Virus record (IMG/VR): IMGVR_UViG_3300037418_002133
Location: 52,087-116,086 of that record
Reading direction: 5' to 3' (one strand)
DNA length: 64,000 bases
Origin: a virus
Of the stretch, positions 9,075 to 18,125 are shown one piece after another. The notes below the pieces were generated by a model. It did not search any database. It saw only the letters and a list, made by a program, of their open reading frames with translations, and was not told the DNA's origin. How positions within the stretch are numbered: the first letter of the stretch is position 1; each line of letters opens with the position of its first letter. Both the position numbers and the translations under genes were made by a program.

Positions 9075-9692
9075 ATGACGAAAGTTAATGACAAGATCGC
9101 GAACTACGTTGCAGAACTCAACAGCGCGCTTGACGCTCGCGCTTCGTATGAACACGACAAGAGCGCTGCGAACGACTCGATTCAGACGTGCATCGCAGCG
9201 CTTCGTAAGAGCGTCACACACGTCGATATTGCGAGCGTGCTACTCTCATGCGACGTCGATTCAAACTTCATCAATCGCAGCGAGCGTTCGAATAATCGTT
9301 ATAACGTCTACGCTGCACAGAAAGTCGACAACGTCGCGCGCGCTGTCAAAAGCGTTGCAGAACTGAATCACTATTCGCTTGCGATCTTGCGCGTTGCGCT
9401 CGCTGTCGAAAAGATCGACTCTAAGCTGTCGCACAAAGACGCTGTAGCAGCGTGCAGCGCGTCTGTGAAGCACAGCGACGCGAAGCGCGAATCAATCATC
9501 AAGTCGCTACGCTACGCAAAGCACGTCGCTGCAAATACAGCGTCAACGCAATCGTCGTCGTCGATTAACGCGCTTCAAACGTGTCACATTCTGAGCGAAG
9601 CGCGCGATGCTGCGAACAACATCGTCTACAGCGTCAATCGCGAGAGCGAAGCGTTCAAGACGCTCGCGAAGAGATACGAACTCGCGATCTGA
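9075..9692 (+). CDS. Gly/Pro/Trp-free protein, paralog of 11993-12802; putative DNA-binding immediate-early factor
   Basis: Colinear similarity to the 11993 protein (FINRS..RYNVYA vs FVNRS..RYNVYA; TASTQSSSSINAL vs TAPTQASSTMQAL). Confidence 0.85.
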   Translation: MTKVNDKIANYVAELNSALDARASYEHDKSAANDSIQTCIAALRKSVTHVDIASVLLSCDVDSNFINRSERSNNRYNVYAAQKVDNVARAVKSVAELNHYSLAILRVALAVEKIDSKLSHKDAVAACSASVKHSDAKRESIIKSLRYAKHVAANTASTQSSSSINALQTCHILSEARDAANNIVYSVNRESEAFKTLAKRYELAI

Positions 9693-9702
9693 CAACGCAA
9701 TG

Positions 9703-9730
9703 CAGAGTGACGCTTCACAGCGTCACTCTG
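9703..9730 (+). terminator. hairpin after the island gene, built without GG/CC
   Basis: CAGAGTGACGCT-tcac-AGCGTCACTCTG 12-bp stem. Confidence 0.55.
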
Positions 9731-9773
9731 TAACATCACTTAATCAAGTCACCGCAAACACAGAGCTAGAACA

Positions 9774-9959
9774 ATGCAGCATGAGAAACGACTAATGAAG
9801 CAACGCGAATCAGCGCGCGTCGAAAAGTACAAGCGCGCGTTTGACTGCGACTCTGTTGACGCTGATTATCTATTCGACGACGTCGCACGCGACTGTGACG
9901 CGACGTTAGCAGCGATCGAACTGCGAGAATCGATCACGCGCTACGCGATAGCGCACTAG
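9774..9959 (+). CDS. small Gly/Pro/Trp-free hypothetical protein
   Basis: 61-aa ORF inside the GG/CC-free island, followed by a hairpin. Confidence 0.6.
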   Translation: MQHEKRLMKQRESARVEKYKRAFDCDSVDADYLFDDVARDCDATLAAIELRESITRYAIAH

Positions 9960-9970
9960 ACGCGTGACAT

Positions 9971-10011
9971 AGTCGAAAGTCTATAGACGAAAGTTTATTA
10001 GACTTTCGACT
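9971..10011. terminator. inverted repeat closing the island
   Basis: AGTCGAAAGTCTA ... TAGACTTTCGACT 13-bp arms. Confidence 0.5.
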
Positions 10012-10543
10012 GTGACATTTAAGCCTCACTGTTGCTCTGAAGCCACTGTGGTATGCCCGCCACAGTGGCATTTTTGCCACAGGCGAACCCCATGGGGAGG
10101 GTAAGGCAGACCTGAAATCCCAAGGATTTCAAGCGGTCTGCCGATCCCATGGATCCCACCGGTTCCTAATCCCATACCTAGTGACCGGTTCCCATGCCCA
10201 TCCATGGCGATCGGTTCCGGACGCCAAAACCCATGGCAGGCTTCCTTGCCGGACAGGGCACCCATAGCAGGCGCCCTCTCCTTTTGGCTGCTGGCTACTC
10301 CTCGGCTGTGCCAGGCACCATCCACACCGACGAGGAAGCCCCGTAGACGTCAGTACGACGAGCGAACATCGACGACATGCGAGCGATTTCCATGAGCTTG
10401 TTTATGCATCCGAAGCGCATAAGCCCAAACGTATTCAACTTGGGCTGATAGAGGATGATCATGGTGTTTTCCTCAGATGAAGAAGGCGGCGATGATGAAG
10501 GCCCCAACGATCATGATGGGGTAGCTGATGAACTCGTCGAGCA

Positions 10544-10780
10544 TCACTGGAACTCCACCGGTACGAAGCCGAGGCTGCGGCTGGCGTTCTCCAGGTGCGA
10601 CCGGGCGATGTCGAGGGAATATATTCCGCTCTCGTCCTTGGAGATTTGCTTCACCGCAGCGTTGAGCCAGGTCAGGGCGTAGCGCAGGTGTTCCTCAGCG
10701 TCGGTATCGGCGAAGCGACCGATAGCGTTCAGGACGCTCATACGGGCGCGATTGACGAGTGCGAGGCGCTTGCTTCTCAT
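10544..10780 (-). CDS. hypothetical protein
   Basis: GGAG RBS; CC-N9-CC box at 10831-10843 upstream. Confidence 0.65.
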   Translation of the reverse strand: MRSKRLALVNRARMSVLNAIGRFADTDAEEHLRYALTWLNAAVKQISKDESGIYSLDIARSHLENASRSLGFVPVEFQ

Positions 10781-10990
10781 TTTCGATCTCCGTGTTTGCT
10801 CAACACAAAGATCGTCGCATATCGCCTTGTGGGATGCGGTCGGGCGTATAAGGCGAGTTTATACGGCCTGGCGTTTACGGACCGGCCTGGCGATGGAAGA
10901 CGGCCTGGCCGAGGATGACCGGACCGGCCTGAAGCCCATGGAGCGCCATGCCTGCCCATGGAGGACCGAGGGATCTCTAAGGGCGCGTAA

Positions 10991-11024
10991 AACCCTATAG
11001 ATATATAAATATATCTATAGGGTT
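10991..11024. repeat. 16-bp perfect inverted repeat next to a CC-N9-CC box
   Basis: AACCCTATAGATATAT-aa-ATATATCTATAGGGTT; box at 11025-11037. Confidence 0.85.
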
Positions 11025-11037
11025 GGGATGCGAACGG

Positions 11038-11304
11038 CTACGCGAGGCAAAGCTCGCTGGACTGACGGGCTGCTTCTTCGATGCACAGCGCGACGAGGTG
11101 CTGGGCGTTGAAGGCTTTCTCGTGGAGCATCGCTTCGTTGATCGCGGGATCGATCTTGCTGATGGTCATTTCGTTGGTGTCGTAGTTGTAGGACGACGTG
11201 AACAGCACGGTATCTTTGTAGATCGCGCTGAAGGCGCATTCGGGGTTCATCGGGTGCGCGTCGTTGGAAAGCTCGATCTTGATGGTCTTGAGGGTGCTTT
11301 GCAT
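11038..11304 (-). CDS. hypothetical protein
   Basis: Own promoter (box 11353-11365); GAGAG-type RBS. Confidence 0.7.
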   Translation of the reverse strand: MQSTLKTIKIELSNDAHPMNPECAFSAIYKDTVLFTSSYNYDTNEMTISKIDPAINEAMLHEKAFNAQHLVALCIEEAARQSSELCLA

Positions 11305-11367
11305 GTTAGCTCTCGTTTGTGTGAACGTGAGAACTATCTCACGTTCACTTTTGGGATGCGAACGGGC

Positions 11368-11658
11368 TCAGACGGTCATGTCGAAGGAGATCTTCATGGT
11401 CTCGTCGACGATCAGCTTGCGGAGGGTTTCACTGGAGTTGCAGCGGTAGTAGACGCTGTCTCCCGCAGCAGCTTGCGCGTCGTTGGGATCGAACTCGCTG
11501 TCATGGAGCTGCGTGACGCGCACAGCGAAGCATTTGGTGTCGTCTTTGGCGATCGCGCACGCTTCGATGACGGTCCTTTGGTTCATGACGGAGAAGAAGC
11601 GCTCGCCTAAGTCTTGCGACATGAGGGAATCGAAAGTGGTTTTGTCGATCTGGTGCAT
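11368..11658 (-). CDS. hypothetical protein
   Basis: Start MHQIDK at 11658, downstream of an operator copy at 11681. Confidence 0.7.
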   Translation of the reverse strand: MHQIDKTTFDSLMSQDLGERFFSVMNQRTVIEACAIAKDDTKCFAVRVTQLHDSEFDPNDAQAAAGDSVYYRCNSSETLRKLIVDETMKISFDMTV

Positions 11659-11992
11659 GTTTTGCTCTCGCTGTGAAAATAAGTCAGTTCTGACATACGA
11701 CAGTATAGCTAGGAATGCGAGCGGCGGCTCGTGGTGCGTCCGTTGGGGTATCGAGCTGGGTCTGTAGCTTAGGAGCGCTAAGGACGCACCATGGGGCTTC
11801 CCTAGCGATTTCCCATGGGAAGCCATGGTTCGCCTCGGGACACCACGGCCGCGCCCTCTCCAAAAATCCGCCTTGGTTCGCCAATCGGTCGGTCCCATGG
11901 ACCCCACCGGTTCCAGATACCAAGGATGCCCCATGGTTCACAATTCGCCACAACGAAGGGGAGCCGAAGCTCCCCTCGCTGTCTCGTTCGCC

Positions 11993-12802
11993 TTACGCTG
12001 CCTTCGCGAGCACCGCTTCGAGCTTGGCGACCGCAGGGTGATCGGTCAGCTCGAACGTCGGGTTCTTGTGCGACCCCGAGCGCTTGACGATCCCGAGCGT
12101 TTCGAGCGCCTGCATCGTCGAGGAGGCTTGGGTCGGCGCCGTCGACGCTCCGACAGTGTGGCGGATCAGGATCGCCTTCACCGCGCCTTCGACGCGGATC
12201 TTGTCGGAGGCAGCGGCTTTCGCCAACTCGCCGGTGAACGTGATCCCAGCTTTGCGACAGGCGAACAGCGAGCGCATGATGGCGAAATTGATCTTGTTGG
12301 TGATTTCGCCACCACTGAGACCGACGATCGCATCGGCGAGCTTGCCGAACGCGTAGACGTTGTAGCGCTTGCCATCGTGTACGCTGCGGTTGACGAACGC
12401 CTCGGTGACACCGCACGCCAACAGCACCGCACCCGCTCGCGTCGAGGACAACTGGGCGCGCGCCTTCTTGAGCGTCTTCTGGATGTTGTCGTTGCCGTTC
12501 GCGAGTTCGAAGTCCGCACGCTCGTCGACGGCATTCGCCATCTTGACCGTCGCTTCGATTTTCGCCTCATCGCTGATGTTCGCCATCATGTCGTCGAAGC
12601 TCTGGATTTCGCCATCGGCCTGGACTTCGAGGACCGGGTCGATATTCGCCTCATCCTCGATCAGCGCCTCATCGATCGCCTCAAGCTCGACGATTGCCTC
12701 GGCCGACGCCTCATCGAGCATGTCGAGCGCCATGAACTGCACGGCGTTGCTGGTCTCGGTTTCGAGCGCGGCGATCTGAGTCTTCGTGGTCTTCTTTGCC
12801 AT
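11993..12802 (-). CDS. acidic N-terminal protein, paralog of island gene 9075-9692
   Basis: Start MAKKTT at 12802; hairpin at about 11958-11977; promoter box 12868-12880. Confidence 0.85.
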   Translation of the reverse strand: MAKKTTKTQIAALETETSNAVQFMALDMLDEASAEAIVELEAIDEALIEDEANIDPVLEVQADGEIQSFDDMMANISDEAKIEATVKMANAVDERADFELANGNDNIQKTLKKARAQLSSTRAGAVLLACGVTEAFVNRSVHDGKRYNVYAFGKLADAIVGLSGGEITNKINFAIMRSLFACRKAGITFTGELAKAAASDKIRVEGAVKAILIRHTVGASTAPTQASSTMQALETLGIVKRSGSHKNPTFELTDHPAVAKLEAVLAKAA

Positions 12803-13239
12803 TGTCGTTCTCTCGTTTCGTTGTCGTCGCGTCATTGCGACAATCGAACTATCTCAGAACGAGGCAAGGGAAGCGGTCGGCAAAACAGTAGGCGAATAGG
12901 CAAGGTGTAGGCGAAAATGGGTGAGGCGAACCGCGGGCCGGACCATGGATTTTCGCCACCTTTCCGCTAAGAGAATCTATCTACTAGATATATATCTTAT
13001 ATAGTGAAGAGACGGCTTTTTTCGCAGACACATTCCGGACGTCTAAAAGGTTCGCCATGGAGACTCAAGGGGCTCCGGTAGCGACTGATTTTACAGGGAA
13101 TTCAGACCCCGGCCGTGGAATGCCATGGGAAGTTATGGCGAACCTCGGCGACGCCATGGGTGTGTAGGCGAAAAGCCCTTGGTTTATAGGCGAAAATCGT
13201 GGGGAGAGCATGAGGCGAATTGGAATGCCACGGCGCGCT

Positions 13240-13830
13240 CTCTAATCTACCTTCTTCACCTCCTCTATTCGTACCCTCTCCCTCTCTTCAGACCCCTCAC
13301 CTCTTCACCACTGCTCTCTAGGCTCTCTCGCTCTGTAGGTTCTCTCTACGGTTCTTGAGAGTTTTAGGTTGAGGTCTTGGTGCTATTCGCTTTGGTGCTG
13401 GCTCTGACCGTTCCCTTTGTTTGATATATCGGTTGAGGTCTCTCTACCGGTTCCTGAAAAGTTGATGGTTGTTGTTCTGCTGGTTTTGGGGATTGTTGAC
13501 CCTCGTGTTCTGCTCTCTGAAAATTTTGCTTTGGGGTCTCTCTTGGGGAGTGCTGATTTTGGGTTCTGAAATCGCTTGTTTTGCTGGGAAAGTTGAGTGT
13601 CAACCTTTTGCATTTTCGAGGTGGGGTTGACGAAACGTTGACAAAAAGTAAACCAGAACTGACTTATACGGTAATCTGGTAGTGATATCGGGATTTGGGA
13701 GGTTTACTTCTGGTTCACATGTAAACCATTTTGAGAGCTGGAATTGGTATTGGTTTGAGAAAATCAGGGATTTTTGACGGGTTTTCAGCCGTTTGGTTTA
13801 GATCTTGGTTTACATGGTTGACAAACCATG
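13240..13830. other. non-coding, strongly strand-skewed region with GGTTTAC/GTAAACC repeats (possible origin or packaging region)
   Basis: Pyrimidine tract about 13240-13350, A-poor G/T tract about 13360-13620, repeats about 13649-13827. Confidence 0.4.
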
Positions 13831-13858
13831 GGGCCGGAATGGTCTGAAAGAGGGGCGT

Positions 13859-14359
13859 TTAAGCCCTCTCCTCTACCTTAATATCAGCCCTTGGCCTTGG
13901 CGTCGTCATAGCCGCGGTTGTAGTGAGCCTTCTGCTCGTCGGTCCAGTGGCCCCAGGGGCTCCTTGCCCAGCCGTAGGCGTGGTGTGTCTGGCCGAGGCG
14001 ATAGCAGTCCTGGTCGGTCGGGTTGTCCTGGATCCGACGGTCGTTCTCGGCGTAGTTGATTTCAGCCATAGTGAACTCCTCACCCCCTTTCTAGCAGACA
14101 TCGGCTCGATCGCGAAGCCGTCCGAGATTATCTGGGTCGTGGTCTCGACGATTTGGATGCCCGCCTCGTTGAGATCGCCATCATAAGCTGCGCCACCTCC
14201 ACCAGGATCAAGAAGAGACGTTAGCGCATCCTCGACGTGTTCGACGACATAGGTGCGATCTTCGGTGCAGTCGCGCATGTGTTCGGTTGCGACCTTGAGG
14301 AGCTTCTTCTCGTCGAAGACCTCGATCTCCATTTCCAGGCGGTAGGTCTTTTTGGTCAT
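13859..14359 (-). CDS. hypothetical acidic protein (3' part overlaps the next gene)
   Basis: GGAG RBS; N-terminal ~90 aa look coding. Confidence 0.5.
   Translation of the reverse strand: MTKKTYRLEMEIEVFDEKKLLKVATEHMRDCTEDRTYVVEHVEDALTSLLDPGGGGAAYDGDLNEAGIQIVETTTQIISDGFAIEPMSARKGVRSSLWLKSTTPRTTVGSRTTRPTRTAIASARHTTPTAGQGAPGATGPTSRRLTTTAAMTTPRPRADIKVEERA
13884..14069 (-). CDS. hypothetical protein
   Basis: GAGGAG RBS upstream. Confidence 0.6.
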   Translation of the reverse strand: MAEINYAENDRRIQDNPTDQDCYRLGQTHHAYGWARSPWGHWTDEQKAHYNRGYDDAKAKG

Positions 14360-14441
14360 GTGTCGTTCTCCATCAGTACCTTGGTGACCAGCGCTGTTAA
14401 GGCCAGGATCCCGAGGATGGCGCCGGCGTGCGTTATGACGA

Positions 14442-14774
14442 TCATCTAGCCCTCACAGCGACGGCGCTTTCCGATGTCAGGTCTGGATCGAAATTCCACA
14501 TCGAATTGACGTGGGTGAGAAACTCACGGCAAGCAGCTTCATCGGGCAAACGATAGTGGCTTGAGATACCGTTGAGGTGGCGCATATCTTTCGGCTCCAT
14601 AACGGTATCGTCAGGAAGAAGGGTGATTTCGCCGAGGTGATATTTCTGTCCGTCTCCTCGTTCGCAGGCGAGGATTTGGACAAAATAGCGTCGGTTCACG
14701 AGCGCCTGATAGCGCTCGCAACAATCACAGTCGAGGTCGGCCGGGTTTGCGGTGAAATATCGGGAGATATTCAT
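14442..14774 (-). CDS. hypothetical protein
   Basis: Tightly packed small-gene array. Confidence 0.6.
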   Translation of the reverse strand: MNISRYFTANPADLDCDCCERYQALVNRRYFVQILACERGDGQKYHLGEITLLPDDTVMEPKDMRHLNGISSHYRLPDEAACREFLTHVNSMWNFDPDLTSESAVAVRAR

Positions 14775-14775
14775 G

Positions 14776-14997
14776 TCAGCTTACTCCGATCGCGATTTCT
14801 TCGATGTTGTCCATCCGGATCCAGGTGTCAGGTGTATCGTCGTCCTCGATCCTCAACAGTAGCCATTCCTCGCTGTGTGCGACGACCGTGGCGCCGTTGA
14901 AGGTTCGGCCGGATTTGAGGATGAGGACATCGAGCCAGTAAGCCGTGCCCGCTTCGTCGAGCGTGGTCATCCTGGCGTTTGGTGATGCTTGGGTCAT
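14776..14997 (-). CDS. hypothetical protein
   Basis: Small-gene array. Confidence 0.6.
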   Translation of the reverse strand: MTQASPNARMTTLDEAGTAYWLDVLILKSGRTFNGATVVAHSEEWLLLRIEDDDTPDTWIRMDNIEEIAIGVS

Positions 14998-15004
14998 CTT
15001 TCCC

Positions 15005-15295
15005 TTACTCCGCGATCATATCGGGCTCGAAATCGCCGATATAGGCGAACGAGATTGTGTGGGAATGAATATCGAGATGACAGTCGATGTAGACCTCGCC
15101 CTCGACGTCCCAGCCGCGCACCTGAAGCACGTCGAGACTGAACGCCGTGGGAAGTCGATCGTGGTTCGGCATCGATTCGATCAGCGCCAGAAGACCGTCG
15201 ACTCTCGCCTTGTCCGTGATCTCCTCGTGATCGTAGTCGTAGTCTTCCGGGACGAATTGGTCGAAAAGGTTCTCGTAGTCGCCAAGAGTTCGCAT
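15005..15295 (-). CDS. hypothetical highly acidic protein
   Basis: Small-gene array; D/E-rich. Confidence 0.6.
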   Translation of the reverse strand: MRTLGDYENLFDQFVPEDYDYDHEEITDKARVDGLLALIESMPNHDRLPTAFSLDVLQVRGWDVEGEVYIDCHLDIHSHTISFAYIGDFEPDMIAE

Positions 15296-15302
15296 TGTCA
15301 GA

Positions 15303-15452
15303 TCACCCCTGCATATATTCGGAGACGGCGTCTTCCGCGCTCTCGACGCATTCGCGGATCGTGAGGAAGTGCTCTCCGAACTCCTTCATCATGTTCTTTC
15401 GAACGTCGCGCGCCACGCGCAGAATGAGCTTTTGCTTGTCCGATTTAACCAT
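15303..15452 (-). CDS. small hypothetical protein (49 aa)
   Basis: Manual translation MVKSDKQKLILRVARDVRKN...; GG/CC-free leader 15451-15502. Confidence 0.5.
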   Translation of the reverse strand: MVKSDKQKLILRVARDVRKNMMKEFGEHFLTIRECVESAEDAVSEYMQG

Positions 15453-15581
15453 TGCGACTCTCGCTCTCGTTGTGTTAGAGAGAATATCGCATATATTTCA
15501 ATGGTTTACTACTGGCGATGCTATGTCCCAGTAGCTTTCCGCGCAAGGCCAGCTATATTCAGAACAGCAGGAGCGACGTTG

Positions 15582-15782
15582 ATGGCGACGATGGTGACCG
15601 AGGTTTACGATGCGCTGAAATCCGCTGGCGTGGCGGAGGACAAGGCGCGTTCGGCTGCTGTCGCCATGGCGAACTATGAGCCGCGGTTTGCCGGCCTCGC
15701 CTCTGACCTGAACCTGGTGAAATGGATGGTCGGCTTCAATCTGGCGCTGACGGTCGCGGTGCTGTTCAAGCTGTTTCACTGA
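15582..15782 (+). CDS. DUF1640/CCDC90-like small membrane-anchored protein
   Basis: EVYDALKSAGVAEDKARSAA...LVKWMVGFNLALTVAVL; AGGAG RBS. Confidence 0.65.
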   Translation: MATMVTEVYDALKSAGVAEDKARSAAVAMANYEPRFAGLASDLNLVKWMVGFNLALTVAVLFKLFH

Positions 15783-16258
15783 CCTTGGTGCGGAGTTCTT
15801 CCAGCGCCTCGACACCAATCTTGTTCAGTTTGCCATTCGCCGCGAGTTCGACCAGACGCAGTTCCTGAATCGTCAGATCATTGCCATCGTGAGACTTCTG
15901 AAGGATCTCGATGGCAAAATTCTGCTGAACAATGCGCTCCTCGATCCATTTGCTATCCGTAGGTAGGGAAAGACGCTCCCTTTCCTGTTGAGTAAAGCGG
16001 GTGGCGCTGGGAAAGCTCGTCCAGCCCAGTTCGTTCGACCAGAAACCATCGTCATCATCGGTCGCTTGAATCACCCAGGTCATAGTCCTCTCCCGATCGC
16101 CATCAGTTCGTCGATGATGTTGTCCGTTTGTTGCCAGCCGATGGATTCGCGCCAATCAGGCCAGACGGTCGCGAACCATGTCCGCATCTGTCGTTGGTTT
16201 AAATCGCCTGGGTTGCCATGCTTGGCAACGAGGTTCTCGGCGATTTCGCGGCTCTCGG

Positions 16259-16579
16259 TCATGTCGCACCGCCAGTTTTGACGGTGACTGACAGAGCCGC
16301 CTCCAACTCCTTGCACCGCTCCGCAAGCTGGCGCGGCGTCAGGCCGGTTTCATGGGCGACGGTGAAGGCTTCCGCGATCAGATTGGCATTCGCGACGGCT
16401 TCGCGCTGACTTACAGCGGCATCCCATTCGTAAGGATAAAACCCACCTGGACGAACAATGGTCTTATCTTCATCGTCGACGGAATTGACGGATAACGGCC
16501 AACCGCTCCATTGACCGCCATCATCACAGATAAAGACGCTGGCAGGCCCCTGCGTGAACATTCTGCGGCTTTCGGTCAT
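16259..16579 (-). CDS. hypothetical phage protein
   Basis: ANANLIAEA motif; overlaps neighbours. Confidence 0.6.
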   Translation of the reverse strand: MTESRRMFTQGPASVFICDDGGQWSGWPLSVNSVDDEDKTIVRPGGFYPYEWDAAVSQREAVANANLIAEAFTVAHETGLTPRQLAERCKELEAALSVTVKTGGAT

Positions 16580-16956
16580 TGCGATTGAGCCTTCTGATAG
16601 GCGTTCCAGGCGTCAACCGCGCGGCCGGTATCGCCTGCTTCATGCATCCAGTGACGACGTTCCTGATCGCTTAGATTGTTCCACCATTTCATCCCAGCCT
16701 CGTCGTTTGCGCGATCTCGATCTGGCGTTTTACCAGACTTTAGAAACTCGTTGAGGTCGCGGCCGACGGACGTTTCACCGGGACACGGCGGTATGTCGCG
16801 CGGCGCCACTTCATAGCTTGGTTCGCCATCGTAGGTGCATGAATAGAACTTCCAATCATGCCGACCCCACGAGCCGTCGTCCTGATAGCAATACAGGCTT
16901 CGACCGTCGCGATAGTAGACGCGACAGTTGCCGTTGTCTTCCGAGTCAAATTTCAC
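16576..16956 (-). CDS. hypothetical protein
   Basis: Overlaps neighbours by 4 bp. Confidence 0.6.
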   Translation of the reverse strand: MKFDSEDNGNCRVYYRDGRSLYCYQDDGSWGRHDWKFYSCTYDGEPSYEVAPRDIPPCPGETSVGRDLNEFLKSGKTPDRDRANDEAGMKWWNNLSDQERRHWMHEAGDTGRAVDAWNAYQKAQSQ

Positions 16957-17294
16957 GCCACGATCCTCCCCTTCTCCATCGCTTCCTTGGCGTAGGCGCT
17001 GATCGGCTTGTCGCCTTCGAACGATCGATCACGCTCGACTGGCAGACCCAGTTTACCGCGAATCTGAATAACCTCATTCATATCCACATAGCCCAGCTCG
17101 GGCTCGCCGTGACCAAGGTCGCAGAGACCGAACGCCATACCCGTCTCGTCGATATCGGTCAGGAGCCAGGTACATTGGGCGTCGGGCGTAAACAGCTTCA
17201 CGACGGGGACGAAATCGTGTTCGCCCTTTTCCATCGTTCCTCGATTGGCGAGGAGCTGGCGATAGTCCCTTTCGGTCAGAATCCGGAATCTCAT
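16953..17294 (-). CDS. DUF2958 family protein
   Basis: PVVKLFTPDAQCTWLLT...AFGLCDLGHGEPELGYV...LPVERD. Confidence 0.85.
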   Translation of the reverse strand: MRFRILTERDYRQLLANRGTMEKGEHDFVPVVKLFTPDAQCTWLLTDIDETGMAFGLCDLGHGEPELGYVDMNEVIQIRGKLGLPVERDRSFEGDKPISAYAKEAMEKGRIVA

Positions 17295-17362
17295 GCGAAC
17301 CTCATCGTTTCGCGAATTTATGCGTCACTCTCGCACAACGCGCAACGGAATGCGGCTGGCAA

Positions 17363-17557
17363 TCAGGTGGTTTCGTCGATCTCCACCTCTTCGAGCTTGG
17401 TTTCGTCCCCGCAGGTGTTGCAATAGGCGTGGTCATAGGTGTCTCGAAGCACCCAGCGTTGATCTTCCACGTCCCACTCCGCCCAGGCGTCACGAACCAC
17501 ATCCTCAGAGCGACAGTCGCGACAGACGATGCGAATTTTCTTCGGTTTGTCGGTCAT
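17363..17557 (-). CDS. small zinc-ribbon protein
   Basis: CRDCRS...DAWAEWD...CNTCG. Confidence 0.6.
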   Translation of the reverse strand: MTDKPKKIRIVCRDCRSEDVVRDAWAEWDVEDQRWVLRDTYDHAYCNTCGDETKLEEVEIDETT

Positions 17558-17825
17558 TGAATGTCCTTCTTGGGATACTTGGCGATAGAGTAGACGTCGA
17601 CCTCGCGGAATTTCTCGTAGACCGCGGGCTCGTCCTTCAATTCCTGCATAAGATCACCCATGATCTCCGCGAGTTGCTGCGCGCCGCGGACGTCAGAGGT
17701 CGCGATGGCGATGTTGACCGGCCCCGCATGGGCTCGCAGGATCGGTTCGGCGTCATTGCCGATCTGCCGTGCGGTCCCGCCGAGGTCGATAACCGATTGG
17801 TCTTTGCGGAAAATACCGAGCCTCA

Positions 17826-18056
17826 TCATTCCCAAATCTCCGATGATTGGATCTCGAAGCGCTCGTCGTCGGCACATTCGAAATAACGGTCGATCGCCGC
17901 GTCCTTATCTGTCGGGATCGGCTCATTGGCGTTTACGCGTCGGTTCCACCATTCCTTGATGTAGGCGAACACGGCGTTCACAGCGGCCGACCGGGATCGA
18001 AAGACCCGCGTGTCGTTGCCGTCCTGATGATCGATCCGCATGACCCAGACGCTCAT
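17826..18056 (-). CDS. hypothetical protein
   Basis: GGAG RBS; promoter box 18110-18122. Confidence 0.6.
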   Translation of the reverse strand: MSVWVMRIDHQDGNDTRVFRSRSAAVNAVFAYIKEWWNRRVNANEPIPTDKDAAIDRYFECADDERFEIQSSEIWE

Positions 18057-18125
18057 TGTCGTTCTCCGTCTCGTGCGTTGTCACAAAGAACAGTCGCACG
18101 AGACGCTTAGGTTGTCGGTTGGCAG

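Larger units (their letters stand above)
8803..10023. other. GG/CC-free sequence island
   Basis: Read base by base: no GG and a single CC (9752-9753, intergenic) in 1221 bp. Confidence 0.95.
10090..13831. repeat. clusters of CCATGG (16 copies) plus CCWWGG and GGCGAA in non-coding spacers
   Basis: CCATGG at 10090,10147,10202,10231,10936,10956,11789,11813,11823,11895,11931,12943,13055,13123,13154,13826. Confidence 0.85.

Noticed and set aside
8803-10023. Island as an assembly artefact, low-complexity DNA or merely AT-rich foreign DNA
   Set aside because: It has intact ORFs, a paralog in the same genome, hairpins and abundant CG/GC; AA and TT are common, only GG/CC is missing
10026-10395. ORFs starting in CCATGG-rich spacers (also 10777-10959, 11715-12087, 13125-13358)
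   Set aside because: ATGs come from the CCATGG repeats; products are Pro/Gly/Trp-biased with no RBS support
10991-11024. Protelomerase (telRL-like) site
   Set aside because: Only 34 bp, no protelomerase gene in the window, and it abuts a CC-N9-CC box like the other promoter hairpins; not fully excluded
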